This document shows, piece by piece, positions 1-12,312 of a DNA stretch of 64,000 bases. The stretch comes from Lama guanicoe (Eukaryota), in the NCBI GenBank assembly GCA_013239625.1, contig MU053513.1, positions 1,414,927 to 1,478,926 of the forward strand, written 5' to 3'. The notes under the pieces were generated by a model. The model saw only the letters and a list, made by a program, of their open reading frames with translations. It was not told the origin of the DNA and searched no databases. A program made the position numbers and the translations under genes. Numbering within the stretch: the first letter of the stretch is position 1; every line of letters begins with the position of its first letter.

Positions 1-290
1 AAGTAAAAAACAGTAAAAGATGGTACACTCCTGAGAATTGGGAGCGGGCCAATCCAAGAGAGGAAAAATGGCGCTGTTCCCTCATTTTTCCTGTTTTTAT
101 TTCCTGGTTTCATGATTGAATGATTGATTGATTGATTGACAACTCAGGTTCCCTGTGCTCTGGTTAATTGACAGCTCAGGTTCCTTGTGTTCTGGATGTT
201 CCTCTCCCCTTCCTCTCCCCCTGCCCAGTGCTCATTTCTATCTAAACTGCCTTAGACCCTCACTTGCTCATTCATCAAGCATATATTCAG
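1..290. mobile_element. Probable ERV LTR fragment, truncated by the window edge
   Basis: LTR-like composition with a (GATT)n run at ~113-138 and an internal ~32-bp tandem duplication (TTGACARCTCAGGTTCCYTGTGYTCTGG x2, ~136-196); family not assigned. Confidence 0.4.
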
Positions 291-588
291 CACTGAAAAG
301 GGGTCCCCCAGACCCAATTCCAGGGTGTATGGAGGCTGCCCCACACCAAAAAGCAATTTTCAGATGCCAGCAGGGTGTCTGAGAATTCAACCTGAAGATA
401 AAATCAGATTCCACCCGTAAAGGGCTCAATCCGACAAGACCATCCTCCACTTCAGATGCCATTTGCAAGTCCAGCTGTTATCTGTGCTTCTGACCAACTG
501 ACTGCAACCTGGAGGTTCTACTAACCCTCTCCAACTCAAGATGCCAATCTCAAGTCCAGGTTGCTACCTGTACTTCTGACCACCAATA

Positions 589-965
589 TGGAAGAAGAAA
601 TTCATCACTAAAGGGATGTTGCCTATAAGCTTAAATTATACATAACGGCCCTTCTTCGGGAAACCTGCCTCCGTAATGAGTCTTAAGCTAAAACACCTTT
701 GTGCGGCTCGCAGGAAACCTCCTGACTAGGCCCACCTGTGGGTGGCTACAGGCAAGAAGAAGTTAACACACCCCTTCCTGAGTCTGAGCAGAACCAGGAC
801 TTACGCCTCCCCATTGAGTGTAAAAGAAGCCTGAATTCTAACTCAGAGAAGATGGTTCTTAGGGAAGTCTGCTGGCTTTCCGAGTAAAGTCGCTGTTCCT
901 TGCCCCAGCAACTCAGTTTATTGACCTGTCGTGCGGTAAGTACTATGAGCTCGGACTTGGTAACA
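589..965 (+). mobile_element. ERV1-like solo LTR nested in the MER21-like LTR
   Basis: TG...CA ends (...TTGGTAACA), TATA-like TGTAAAAG ~819, AGTAAA poly(A)-type signal ~882 and U5-like tail; TSD not resolved. Confidence 0.55.
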
Positions 966-974
966 GCATGGAAG

Positions 975-1690
975 TGTTCTGGTTCCCCAGTGTGGAAAGG
1001 GGAAAAAAACAACAAAAAGCTGTTCTTTGGGGGTTTTAGGGAGGCTTCATCGTTGTCGGTATTCCAGGTTCTTGTTCCGTCCCAGAAAGAAATCAGAGAC
1101 AAGACGCAGTGGTTAAAAAAAAAGTAAAGTGAGGATTTATGAAAGGATGGCTAGTACACTCGCAAGGGGAGAGCGGGCAGGCTCAGGTGAGCCGCTGCCC
1201 CGAGTTTCTTTGGCAAGTTGGTTACACAGGGTGTAAAAATGAATGGGCAGAATAGTCAGTAGGGAGGGAAGGGTCTGGGGTCATATTCCCTGATTTTCAT
1301 CACAATTCCACCTTCCCAAAACGAGGAGGGATTTTCATCCTTATTTAATCTGGGTCAGAAATATCATGGCATTGGTGCATGATGGGTACTTCTAATCTGC
1401 AAGGCTAATTTTATTGTAATGAGAGCATAATAAGCAAAAGGTTACATTTGGACACTGGAGATTCCTGCCTTTTCTCACCTTTATTTTTTGGTCTTTGGGC
1501 AGCTTATCACCCCCAAAGGTGTGACCACTTATCAGTCCAGAGGTTTCTACTTTTCTTTCTCTGCCCAGGGACCCCTGGTGCCTACATGATGTATGCATTT
1601 GGCCCGTGTCTCTCCTTTCTGCCCAGTTCCTGCCATTTGGCCTTCGTTCCCCTTTCTCTGCTCATATCTAGCTATCTGCCCTCTCTAACA
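975..1690 (-). mobile_element. Second ERV-like solo LTR nested in the MER21-like LTR
   Basis: TGTT...AACA termini (TGTTCTGG... / ...CTCTAACA), retained CpGs, minus-strand U5/R-like region around 1050-1200; MER21-like sequence resumes right after. Confidence 0.55.
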
Positions 1691-3807
1691 TTATTACATG
1701 TCCATGATTGACTAAATCATTGGCCAATGGCAATTGACTCAACCTCCAGCCCCTCACCCCTCCCCAGAATCAGGGGATGATAATGAAAGTTCCAACCCTC
1801 TAATCACATGGTTAATCTCCTAGCAGCCAGCTCCCACCCTTGGGTAGGACCCAAAAGTCACCTTTCCTAAATCATTTGCAGAAATTGAGGACAAGAGACC
1901 AAATATGCCATTGCTCTTACTGCTTAGGAAATTCCAAGAGTTTGGAGAGCTGTGAGCCAGGAACTGTGAATGAAGACCAAATACATATGTAAAATATATA
2001 TTTGGCCATTTGCAGGAAAAAAAATCACAATATTACAAACAGCCACAGTGGACCAATCAGGGAGGGAAGGGGTTACAAATATCATGAAAATAAAGATACT
2101 GCAGGCTGAGATACCCCCCACACATCTGAGAGAAGCCCAAGAGTCAAAGTGATAGTGGTCCCAGGACCAGTTACCCAATGTGTGATCAGGGGCTGGGGCA
2201 CATAGTCCGGAGGAAAGTCTACTTTCAGCTAAGCCCAGCATCTAACTAGGTTAATCCTGAATCTACTGCATCATTGAAACCCAGCAACAGAGTCCTAGCT
2301 GCAATTAAGCATTTCAAGTTGAAATTTTAAATTAATTGGAAAATGCAGAAGATGTAATTCTTGCCCTCAAAGATCTCCCAATCATATGGAAAAGGCAAGA
2401 AAGCAGTTCATTACAACACAAGGAGATATGAGCTTATTTTTGGTCTAATAAAATACCTCTAATAGCAGATAAATGCCAGGCACAAAAAGAATTTTATCCT
2501 CTCCTGACAGGACGCATGTACCATGTATCACTAATAGCCCATTTAATCACGAGTCAAATTCTAAGGCTGGTTTCAAGTTGAAAACTGCCAACCAAATCTT
2601 TCATCCTAAGAACAAATGAGACGTTTAAAGTGACAAGTCAGCTGGATTTTCTTACTGCACTGAATTGCTTGACAGTAGTTCAGTTTAGGAGATCAACTTC
2701 TTTCCAAAGAAACTACTTTATAATTTCTTAATTGTGGTCTTTTTAGAGAAGACAAGTAGAATAACAAAGTGTTTATCCCCTTTGTCTTAATTGGACGTTT
2801 TCTGCTGAGCATTAGGATGTACTAAGGTGCAGTAACCTAACAGCAAGTCTGCAGATGCATCATTAGAATGAAGTAAGGAAATGAGATGAAACAGGGCGCT
2901 CAGTAACTGCCAATCCAGTCAGCAGCCAACAGGATTTCTGTCCTGCAGTTAATCCAAGAGAGCAGGCACACTGACCAAACACACTGGTACCACAAGACAG
3001 CAGGCTTCTCAAGTGCTAAACTCCCTCTCTTGAAGAAACCTATCAGTGAATGTAGAAGTGTCTTACGAAGAAACAGAAGGTTGGGGGCTCCAGCACGGAC
3101 TCCTCATGGCTGGCAAACACATGGCTGGCAAAGGGTTTCAACCTGCATCATCTTGCTCCCTCTGGCCATTCACCTACTTCTCCTTGATAGTTTCAACTCA
3201 AAAATGTCAAAAGGATGCCCATTCAGTAATGATAAATATGGATCAATAAGACTTCAGGAAATTGTATTTCTCTCAGCTCCTTCCTCCAACCCTGATCTCT
3301 GGTCACAGAAGAAATATTCATTTTAGCTTGTTTGTTCTAGAATCTGGATTATGTTTCCAATTCAAATGTAAGTCAATCTTCTATAAAAAAAAAAAGGGGG
3401 AGGTGGATTGATTCAAATCTTATCCATACAGAAAAAGGCAAAACTATGTTTGAGAAAGAATGTTTTTAATCAAATAGCAAATAGCTTTAAAGTATCTTTA
3501 GAACATATAGTAAGCTCCACAAATAAAACAGAAAATAAAGGTGGCAGGGATTCTGGATAATATCCTCTCCTTACAAAATGTCTGACTCAAGCATACCATG
3601 AAAAGAGTAGAAGAGGACAAGACATTTGATCCCCTGCTTCTTTGTTCCAAATGAAGAGAATACACTGATTTTTAAGCCTCTGGGTATGTTCTTTAAAAAT
3701 TTCCTCGGCTCACCCATCTAGAAAATGATCAAACTTGAGGGATATCACCAGGATTAAGGGAAGTGATACTGGAGAAGCACTTAACACAATAATCAGTCAA
3801 TGACTAC

Positions 3808-3984
3808 TTTTTTTAAAAGAGATTTTAAGTATTTCATTTATTTATTATTTAATTACTTTATTTTGGCCAGGGGCAGGGAGAGATAATTAGGTTTGTTTAT
3901 TTATTTTTAGAGGCGGTACTGGGGATTGAACGCAGGACCTCATGCATGCTAAGCATGCGCTCTACCACTGAGCTATACCCTTCG
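3808..3984 (-). mobile_element. tRNA-derived SINE (vic-1 type)
   Basis: Reverse complement GAAGGGTATAGCTCAGTGGTAGAGCGCATGCTTAGCATGCATGAGGTCCTGCGTTCAATCCCCAGTACC with A and B boxes, followed by AT-rich tail. Confidence 0.9.
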
Positions 3985-4204
3985 CCAATAAGTGCTCTTA
4001 TCCTGTGCTCACTCAGTCAGTGTCTAGTAACAGCCTAACATGTGTCAGACACTGGGCAGTGGGAAGACAAAAATGACCAAAAGAGTCACAGCCCCTGCCC
4101 TTACAGAACTTAAAGTCTAGATAGGTTGCCCAGAGTTCAGTGGTGGGGGATAAAAAACCTTGACTCAGAGGCCTCTTCCTGAGGGTTGCTGTGGTGGTCA
4201 CCAC

Positions 4205-4580
4205 TGCTGTTCAAAAAATATTTCCAGCTCTCCTCTTTCCAAATACATGGTGGGATTTTACTCTTGCTCCCTTGAGATTAGGTATGCCCAGATGAGTTGC
4301 GCTGGCCAACAAAATAACTAGGAGGGACAGTTGTCACTTCTGGGCTAAGTCACAGCCCATGCCTCCACATTCTCTTCTCTCTGGTAAGGTGATGACGGAA
4401 TATTTGTTGATGGAGCCTCCATCAGTCTGGGCTCTTGCGTGACAATGATAAGCAGAGCTCCCCCTGATAATCTGGGCCAGAAATGTAGCATGAAGGAGAA
4501 ATACATTTTTACTGTGTTAAGCCACTGAGATTTGAGCTTGTTTGTTACTGCATAATATTCTATCCCATCTTGATCAGTAT
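4205..4580 (+). mobile_element. Old MaLR (MLT1) LTR
   Basis: MLT1-type 3' end: TGTAGCATGAAGGAGAAATAC...GTGTTAAGCCACTGAGATTTGAGCTTGTTTGTTACTGCA. Confidence 0.65.
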
Positions 4581-4714
4581 AAGTGTTTTGTCTAATCACC
4601 CAAATATCATGGAACTGATGAAAACCAATATGCTGGAAGGGAGATGAAGGGAAGAGATTCGGGATGAAGTGGCAGAAAGACATGCAGGGCCTTGAAGTCC
4701 CCATTAATGCTCTT

Positions 4715-4925
4715 TTTTTAAAAAAAATATTAAAGTGTAGTTGATTTACAATGTTAGTTTCAGGTGTACAACAAAGTGATTCAGTTATACATATACATAC
4801 ACATATAGTTTTTCTTTTCAAATTCTTTTCCATTATATGTTACTACAAGAAACTAAATATAGTTCCCTGTGCTATACAGTAGGTCCTTGTTATTTATCTA
4901 TTTTATGTACAGTAATGTGTGTATA
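4715..4925 (-). mobile_element. L1 3' end (artiodactyl type), 5'-truncated
   Basis: GTAGTTGATTTACAATGTTAGTTTCAGGTGTACA...TATAGTTCCCTGTGCTATACAGTAGGTCCTTG is the reverse complement of the L1 3' UTR seen in many copies in this window. Confidence 0.85.
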
Positions 4926-4929
4926 CTTT

Positions 4930-6230
4930 TAGTTGTTACCCTAAGAGCAACAGGAAGCCCTTAAATGGTTGTAAGTAGAAGATTGTCATGATTATATTTG
5001 TGATTTTGAACATAATTCTGGATGTAGCACAAAAAATAGACAGGACACAGGCAAGAGCTAGCACAGGGAGACTCGTCAGAGACTACTGCAGTTTCAGGGC
5101 AGGCAAGAAAGCATGGTGGCTGGGACTTGATGAGAGTAGTAAAGATGGAGAGATATGTGGGGAAATTGTAGAGATACTTGGGCAGTAAGATCAAAAGGGG
5201 TTTTAATCATAGTCTGGAAACAGGGGTGAGGTGGTTTCCACAGCTGTTTGGATTGTGGTGTCGGTCTCTGAAATAAACACTGAAAGCGAAGCAGGCTTTG
5301 GAAGGAAGATCATAAATTTTGACTTGGAAAACTTCAACAAAAGTCTAAGCTACCAGCATTAATAGGGGCAGTGATTCACTTGCATTTTGGAAAAACTAGA
5401 AAGTCAGAAAAAAAGGGGGGTGCCTAGGATCAACTCTTAAGGAACGTCTACATTTAAAAGCCAGGAGAAGGGTGAGGAGAAGAGAAAAGGAGGCTGAGGA
5501 GGGGCCGAAGAGTTGGCAGGAAAGTCAGAAGCATGGATGCAGCAGAAGTCAAAGGAAGAGGATTCAGCCAGGAGGAGAATCTACTCTGTTAGATGTTGCT
5601 GAGAGGTCAAGGAAGGGGAGCAGTACAATTGCCCACTGGATTTAGAACATGGAGGTGATTGGTAACAGTAGCAAAAGCTGTTTCAGTGGAAGGATAGGAA
5701 TGGTCAAAACAAAGATGGACCTTCGAAAAACCATCACATTCACTCACTCATTAACTATTTAAGACCTATGACCCAGTCTGGGAATAAAAGGGTGAACAAC
5801 ACTGAATGAGTCCCTACTGCCATGGGGCTGACATCTAGTGAGGTACACAAAACAATTGCAAGCTATGTTAAATACTGGGGGTAAACAAAGGTAAAAATGT
5901 ATGTCTGTGTGTATGTGTGTGTGTGTGTATGCATACACACGTAAATGGGAAGGCGGGTAGTGACAGAGGTAACAATTAAACTGAGCCATGAAGGATAAAA
6001 ATGAAGTAGCTATGCAAAGAGGTGACAGTAATAAGGTAATGGGGGGACAATGACTTCAGACACAGGTAACAATGAATGTAAAGACTCTAACGCATCAAGA
6101 AAAAAAAGTCTTGTCATCAAGGAATTTCTAGAAGACCTTGATGACTGGAGTTTAAAGAGCAAGGGGAATTTAGGCAGGATCAAATCATAAGGCTTTGTTA
6201 AGACACAGTAAAATGTTTGCATTTTGCTTA
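4930..6230 (-). mobile_element. L2 fragments (degenerate)
   Basis: Purine-rich L2-antisense signatures (GATGTTGCTGAGAGGTCAAGGAAG, CCACTGGATTTAGAACATGGAGGTGATTGGTAAC, CATTCACTCACTCATT). Confidence 0.6.
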
Positions 6231-6231
6231 C

Positions 6232-6492
6232 CGTATTGGTTTAACAAAGTACCATAGACTGGGTGGCTTAAACAACAGAAATGTATTTCCTGACAGTGCT
6301 GGAGGATGGATGTCCAAGATCAAGGTGTCAGCAAGGTTGTGGGCAAGGTTCATCTGAGGCCTCTCTCCTTGGCTTGTAGATGACCATCTTCTTCCTGTAT
6401 CTTTATGTGGTCTTTCCTCTGTACCTGTCTCTTTCCTAATCTCTCCTTATAAGGACACCTGTCATATTGGATTAGGGCCCACCCTAATGATT
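6232..6492 (-). mobile_element. MaLR (MLT1A/B-like) LTR, partial
   Basis: AACAAAGTACCATAGACTGGGTGGCTTAAACAACAGAAATGTATTTCCTGACAGTGCTGGAGG...GTCATATTGGATTAGGGCCCACCCTAATGA. Confidence 0.8.
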
Positions 6493-6589
6493 TTCTTTTC
6501 CATTTCATAAATGTATTGCAATTTATTTAGTAACATAATTGATGAATTCAATAATATTATGGACAATGCAATTATAAATATTGTTATAT

Positions 6590-7012
6590 ATACATTTTTC
6601 ATTAATATAATGATAACTGAGTTATAACATACACACAAAAGTACAAAAACTATATGTGCATAGCTTGACAAACCATCAAAAAAATAAATATACCTAGGAA
6701 ACACCTCCCAGTTCAAGAAATAGAACTATACCAGCATTCCAGAAGCCCCCTTTGTGTCCCTCCTAATCATTACCCTCTCCCTATTCCCCAGTCTTAACCA
6801 TTTTTTGGATTTCTAGCACCATAGATTATTATTGCCTGTTTACACACTTTGTATACATGAAATCCTACAATATGTATTATTTTGTGTGTGGCCTCTTACA
6901 CTCAATATTGTATGTATGAGACTGATTCATCTTGTAACATTGGTTTGTTCGTATTTGCTGCTGTATACTATTTCATTGCATGAGTATACATACCACAGTT
7001 TTTTTTTCACTG
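6590..7012 (-). mobile_element. Ancient L1 (L1ME/MC-like) 3' fragment
   Basis: ATAGAACTATACCAGCATTCCAGAAGCCCCC...TATTTTGTGTGTGGCCTCTTACACTCAATATT...GAGACTGATTCATCTTG. Confidence 0.65.
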
Positions 7013-7026
7013 ATTAGAAGACTATC

Positions 7027-7651
7027 TTTTTAATTGAGGTATAGCTGATTTACAATATTAGTTTCAGGTGTACAACATAGTGATTCAATAATTTTATAGA
7101 TTATATGCCATTTAACATTATTAAAAAATATTGGCTATATTGTCTGTGCTGTACAATATATTCTTGTAGCTTATTTATTTTATACATAGTAGTTTGTACC
7201 TCTTAATCCCCTACCCCTATCTAGCCCCTCCTCCCTTCTCTTTCCCCAGTGGCTTCACTAGTTTGTTCTCTATACCTGTGAGCCTTTTACTGTTTTGTTA
7301 CATTCATTTGTTTGATTATTTTTAGATTCCACATGTAAGTGATAACATACAGTATTTGTCTTTCTCTGTATGGCTTATTTCACTTAACATAATACCCTCC
7401 ATAGCCATCCACGTTGTTGCAAATGGCAAAATTTTATTCTTTTTTATGGCTGAGTAGTACTCCATTGTATATGTATATCACATCTGCTTTATCCATTCAA
7501 CTGTTGATGAACACTTAGGTTGCTTCCTTATCTTGGCTATTATAAATAATGCTGCTATGAACATTAGGGTGCATGTATCTTCTCAAATTAGTGTTGTCAT
7601 TTTCTTCAAATATATACCCAAGAGTTGAATTGCTGGATCATATGATAGTTC
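7027..7651 (-). mobile_element. L1 (L1MA-like) 3' end, 5'-truncated
   Basis: TTTTAGATTCCACATGTAAGTGA...TTTTTTATGGCTGAGTAGTACTCCATTGTA...GAATTGCTGGATCATATGATAGTTC. Confidence 0.9.
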
Positions 7652-9419
7652 CTCTCTTCTCAAAATGGCAGGGAAAAACACTCTTCCACCAACCCTCCGT
7701 TGCCCAGAGCATTTTCTCTTCTCTCCATCCCTTCTTTCCTTCCTAAAAACTTTATCATGTAGATCAACTTAGTTCCTCTTCTGCAAAAAAAAAAAAAAAT
7801 CTTTGAAGGGAATGAAAGAGAAAAAGTCACTTCACTTAGACTGAAGATTCTATTTGTGAGGTGGAAAAAAAATCTCTGAACATTCCCACTTAATCATTTT
7901 TGCCTTATCTTATGCATTTTCTTAGAGTCTTGGTGTTCATCAGGTTCTCAGAGGGGTTATTATGTACGTTAAGAACCATCAGAAGAAAAAGAGAGACAGC
8001 TAGGGACTGGGAGATGGGGGCAGTAGGCGTCGGGGAGTGTAGATTGTGATTCTGCAGGAACCGACCAAGGCCATCTGACTACTCTCTCACAGTAAGACTG
8101 GTCCATAAATAGGCCACCACATCTGTGGTTATCCACTCTGCCCACATGGCATCCCAAAACAACCAATTGCACATTGATAAGACTTCAAATAAAGCTAATG
8201 GAGTGGTTGAGTACCACCTCAAAGGACAAGCTCATTGTAAATGAATGTATGCTGCTTTGAACCTGACTCATTAGGAAACCCTGAGTAAACTGCCGATTTA
8301 GGTCATCCAATCCAGCAATAAGTGATCTTTTCATTCCAATCAAATAAGAAGTTAATGAAGATATGTAAACAGTGATTCTATCAGACCGCAAACCTGCTGT
8401 GTACACACCAAGAGACTCTGTGGTAAGACACGAGAGAAATGAAACACAGAGTACAGAAGATAGAATTAAAATGTGCCCTAACCTCACTTTCCTTTCCCAG
8501 TTAATTTCTACCCAACCGCAAGTCCCACCTAAGGGACTTTTGTGAGCCCTCACTCCAGGCTTGGCTAAACGTCGCACTCTTGTTCCACAGCATCCTGTGA
8601 ACTCTATCACTCCACTATCACACTGCTATTAAAATTAATCCTCTGCTCAGTTCTGAGTTCCTACAGATAAAGGGCAAGATCTTATTTTTTATTTTCTGAG
8701 CACCTAGCACAGGGCCTGGTACAAGGCAGGTAAATATTCACTGATAAGGCTGGCTTCAAATTTTGTGCTTTCTACTATACTACCATGCTTCCTGGAATAA
8801 AAAGATCCAAATAATTGCCTATATTTAGCATCTGAGAAGTTTTGCAGAGATGCTAGTTCCATACAGAAATTGGAGGTATCCTCAGCCCAAATTTCTGGCT
8901 AAGAATTAAATAGTTGGGCGCCATTTTCTTGGAAAGCAGTGGGTATCAGGGGCAGGAAGCTGATGGGAGCTGGTGGAGAAATTAAGGAACAAAATCTACA
9001 CCCATTCTTCAGTCATTTATGGAAGCATCTTCTTGTATTTCTCAACCTTCCGAAGGGAACTTCCCAAACTGCTTCTAACCATATACTACCCAAAGTTTCC
9101 TTCTGAATCATTCAAGAACCATCTAGATGTGGGTAAGACAACACTAGGTTATTGCAATAGTGTTTCTCTTAATTATCATGTGAGTTACAACATCGCAATG
9201 AGGCTATTCTGAATCAGGATTTAGAGAATCCAACATCTGAGACCCATTTAATGGAAAGAAAAAAATTGAACCCTTCGATGAATCCACCTGTACCAGGATC
9301 ACATGCCATACTGTGTGAAATGCAGATGCTTGAGACTGCCCCCGATCTAGTGAATGAGATTCTTTCAGATTAGAGGCTAGATGTTGCCCTTCTTAACAAG
9401 CTCCTAGATAATCTTACCA

Positions 9420-10225
9420 TCGAAACTCAGCTCAAAAGCTGTTATCTTCAGGGAAGCCTTTTCTGGACACTCACCCAGCTTACAAGCTGCCCGACACCTC
9501 CTCTCGTCCTACCACCACGTGGTCTGCGTCCCCAGCTGTGCTGGGTTCCAAGAGGGCAGCAGCTTTGTCTGCTTGTCCACTGCTGATCCCTCAGTTTCTA
9601 CTGTTGGAGAATCAAATGAATGATTCTTATGTGTCCTGAGGATGAAAGGCCAGGTGTTAGGGTTGAAACTCCTGTCCAGAGCATGCGAAGTGCGCTGAGA
9701 TCTGGCCCCTTCCTACTTCTCTAGCCTTCTCCTCCCCAACTGTCTGCTTCACACTCAGTACTCCAGTGACATTCAGCTGCTTCCTGTTCCTTGCACAGTC
9801 TCTTACTTCCCTATGCCTTTGCCCAATTAGTCCTTTCTTATTCTGAAACGCTATCCCTATATGCAGTCTTCTCCACTCACACCCTCCTCCATATACACCC
9901 TCTTGCCACGGTCTGAATAATTCCCATTCTTTCTTTTTAAGTTTCTAATGAGGCATCTCTTCCTTGCAGGAAGCTTTCCCTTTGCCACTACTCCATCCAC
10001 AATAGCCTCTCTTCTCTAGGATCAGTGACAGCCTATGCACATTTCCATCTTTGCCCTTACCATGTTGTTAAGTAATTATCTCCCTCTATGCTGGTCTTCC
10101 ACATTAGACTATGAACTCCTTGAGGATGTGGACCACATCTTATTAACCTATCCACTCCTAGTTTCTCTCCCAGTTCTTGGCACAGAGTAGCTGTTCAGCA
10201 AATTAATGTTGAATGAATGAATGAT
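9420..10225 (+). mobile_element. L2 3' fragments (two ends)
   Basis: L2 terminal motifs (TAGACTATGAACTCCTTGAGGATGTGGACC...GGCACAGAGTAG...TGTTGAATGAATGAATGA). Confidence 0.6.
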
Positions 10226-10745
10226 AAGCAAACAGAGCCAAATCCTCAGACAGGAAGATGATCATCTGAACATTGCCCACACTGGTGCCTGGATTGGCTG
10301 ATCCCAATGAGGCACCGAGAGTTGAGGACCACTATGTATAAAGCTAGTCATCAGATTGGCAAGGAGGGCTACACCAGAAAGGATCAATGTGGACTGACAC
10401 TCCAAACCAGACAGAGAAGGTGAGAATTCCAAGGCTCACTAACCAAGTCATAGTGAGAAACTAACTCATAAGCCAGGATGAAGGTCAAGGCAAGTGACTG
10501 GACAAAATGGTGGCCAGAGAACACAGAGGGAGGTGAAGAAGGGAGGGAGGGAGGGGTCCAAGAGAAAGTCCGAAAGATGATGAGTCAGTCACAGTGGTTT
10601 CTGGGTGAGTTAGCCCTCAGTTGCTAAGCTTGTCACAGGATCTTAAAGTGATAGTGCTCCCTTTATAGGATCTGAAATAACATGTTACTAAATTCTAGGT
10701 TAAGGGAATGAAAATCATACTGTGGTTTTTACCAAAAGCCCAGAG

Positions 10746-11279
10746 TGTTTGTTTTCCTATTGCTGCTTTAACAAGTTACCACAAATTCAATGACTTAAAC
10801 ATCACAAATTTATTATTTTGCAGTTCTGGAAAAGTCTAAAAAAGAGTCATACAGAGCTAAAATCAAAGTATCAGCAGAGCAGTGTTCCTTCAGGAGGCTT
10901 TAGGGACAATCTGTCCCTTGCTTTCTAGCTTCCGGAGGCTACCCCCATTCTTTGGTTCATGGCTCTTTCTCGCAATAGCGACCTCTGCTTCCATCATCAC
11001 AGCTGCTCCTCCAGTTCTTTCACTCTGACCCTCCTGCCTCCCTCTTACAAGAATCCTTGTGACTACACTGGGCCCACCCAGATTATCCAAGATAATTTCC
11101 CTATCTCAAGATCTTAACTTGATTAAGATCTTAACATTTGCAAAGCGCCTCTTGTCATGTAAGGTGACACATTCGCATGTTCCCGGATTAGGATCTGAAC
11201 ATCTCTTGGAGGCCGTGATCGTATAGTGGTTAGTACTCTGCGTTGTGAACATCTCTTGGAGACCATTCTACCTACCACA
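10746..11279 (-). mobile_element. MaLR (MLT1C/D-like) LTR hosting the tRNA-half insertion
   Basis: TTTCCTATTGCTGCTTTAACAAGTTACCACAAATT...ACTACACTGGGCCCACCCAGATTATCCAAGATAAT...CCATTCTACCTACCACA. Confidence 0.85.
11212..11247 (+). pseudogene. Tailless retropseudogene of the tRNA-His(GUG) 5' half
   Basis: GCCGTGATCGTATAGTGGTTAGTACTCTGCGTTG(TG) matches nt 1-36 of vertebrate tRNA-His(GUG) as I recall it; flanked by perfect 16-bp direct repeat TGAACATCTCTTGGAG (11196-11211, 11246-11261); no 3' half, B box or poly(A). Confidence 0.93.
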
Positions 11280-12196
11280 CTCATTCACAGGAAAAAAAAT
11301 TATTTTAAAAACTGGATCAGGTACAAACTGAATCAGATCTTGATAAAAACAATAAGTAGTTAGCTCTAAACTTCCTATCAGTGACAGGAAAGTAAGAAAA
11401 TGACACAAAAATCTGAAAAACGGGGGGATAGGAAAAGGCAAATTACAATTGTATAATAATTCATAGTTTCAATTGGTTTTTCTCAAGTAAAAATTCAAAT
11501 ATAAATGTGACACCATAATTCCTAAAAGAAGGTAACAATTGGACAGTGCTACCTGCTTTTTCATTGGTTTTGCATGTCCCCTCTCCAGGTTCCCTCTCTC
11601 TATGAGCCCCTCAAACTATAGGTGGTAACTGCTGGCTGTATTGATGCCAGCCAGGCACGCAGCACAGGGATTCAACTGAACAGAGGGGTCAGAAAGGACT
11701 CAACCTAAGACATGAAAAGGAGAAGAGTCCTTTTTCATCCCCAAAGGAAAAATATAGCAAATGCTTTAAAAGAGACCACTGGATTTTATTAAAATTATAA
11801 GTACTCTAGGATTTTGCATTTATAAATTGTTGAAGATAAAAATAGAAAATATTTCAAATGCCATATTTGATCATAATGGGAACACACATTTTCTGACCAG
11901 CTCAGACAAAGGCAAGTTACAAACTCATTAGCAGATAGTGGCAGATGGTGCTAGTAAGGGCCAGTGCTAAGTAAGTCAGGACCGCAAGGGTCGGCCGTTG
12001 TCGCCAAAAGCAATGTAATTTACCCTTCCTTCCAGCCACAGGAGAAGAAAATTTATTATCAGCAGATAGCTGGTAACATTGGCAGACACTCAGTATGTTT
12101 CTTTAATTTATTAACTTTCCTCCTTGCACAAAATGAAAGAGAAACAAAAGGAAAGTTCAGAGCTCTTTTCAAAGCCTTGATTGAGAGTCCACTATT

Positions 12197-12312
12197 ATTT
12201 TTCTTATATAGTGAAAGGTTTTATTTGCATATGTTTATTCCCAGTTTGTGACTTTTCTTTTTGTTTTCTATTTTTTTAATTGAAGTATAGTCAGTTTACG
12301 ACGTTGTGTCAA
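12197..12312 (-). mobile_element. Very short L1 3' terminus plus extra 3' sequence between TSDs
   Basis: Minus strand GACACAACGTCGTAAACTGACTATACTTCAATTAAAAAAA is the L1 terminus; direct repeat AGAGTCCACTATT at 12184-12196 and 12313-12325. Confidence 0.8.

Larger units (their letters stand above)
300..2037 (-). mobile_element. MER21-like LTR, interrupted by two other LTRs
   Basis: Reverse complement from ~2037 reads TGTAATATTGTGATT...ATTTGGTCTTCATTCACAGTTCCTGGCTCACAGCTCTCCAAACTCTTGGAATTTCCT, resembling the MER21 5' end; similar sequence at ~300-585 and ~1692-2037. Confidence 0.65.

Noticed and set aside
3104..3132. Short tandem duplications (CATGGCTGGCAAA x2; also ~14902, ~48365, ~50561)
   Set aside because: Ordinary slippage duplications with no further structure
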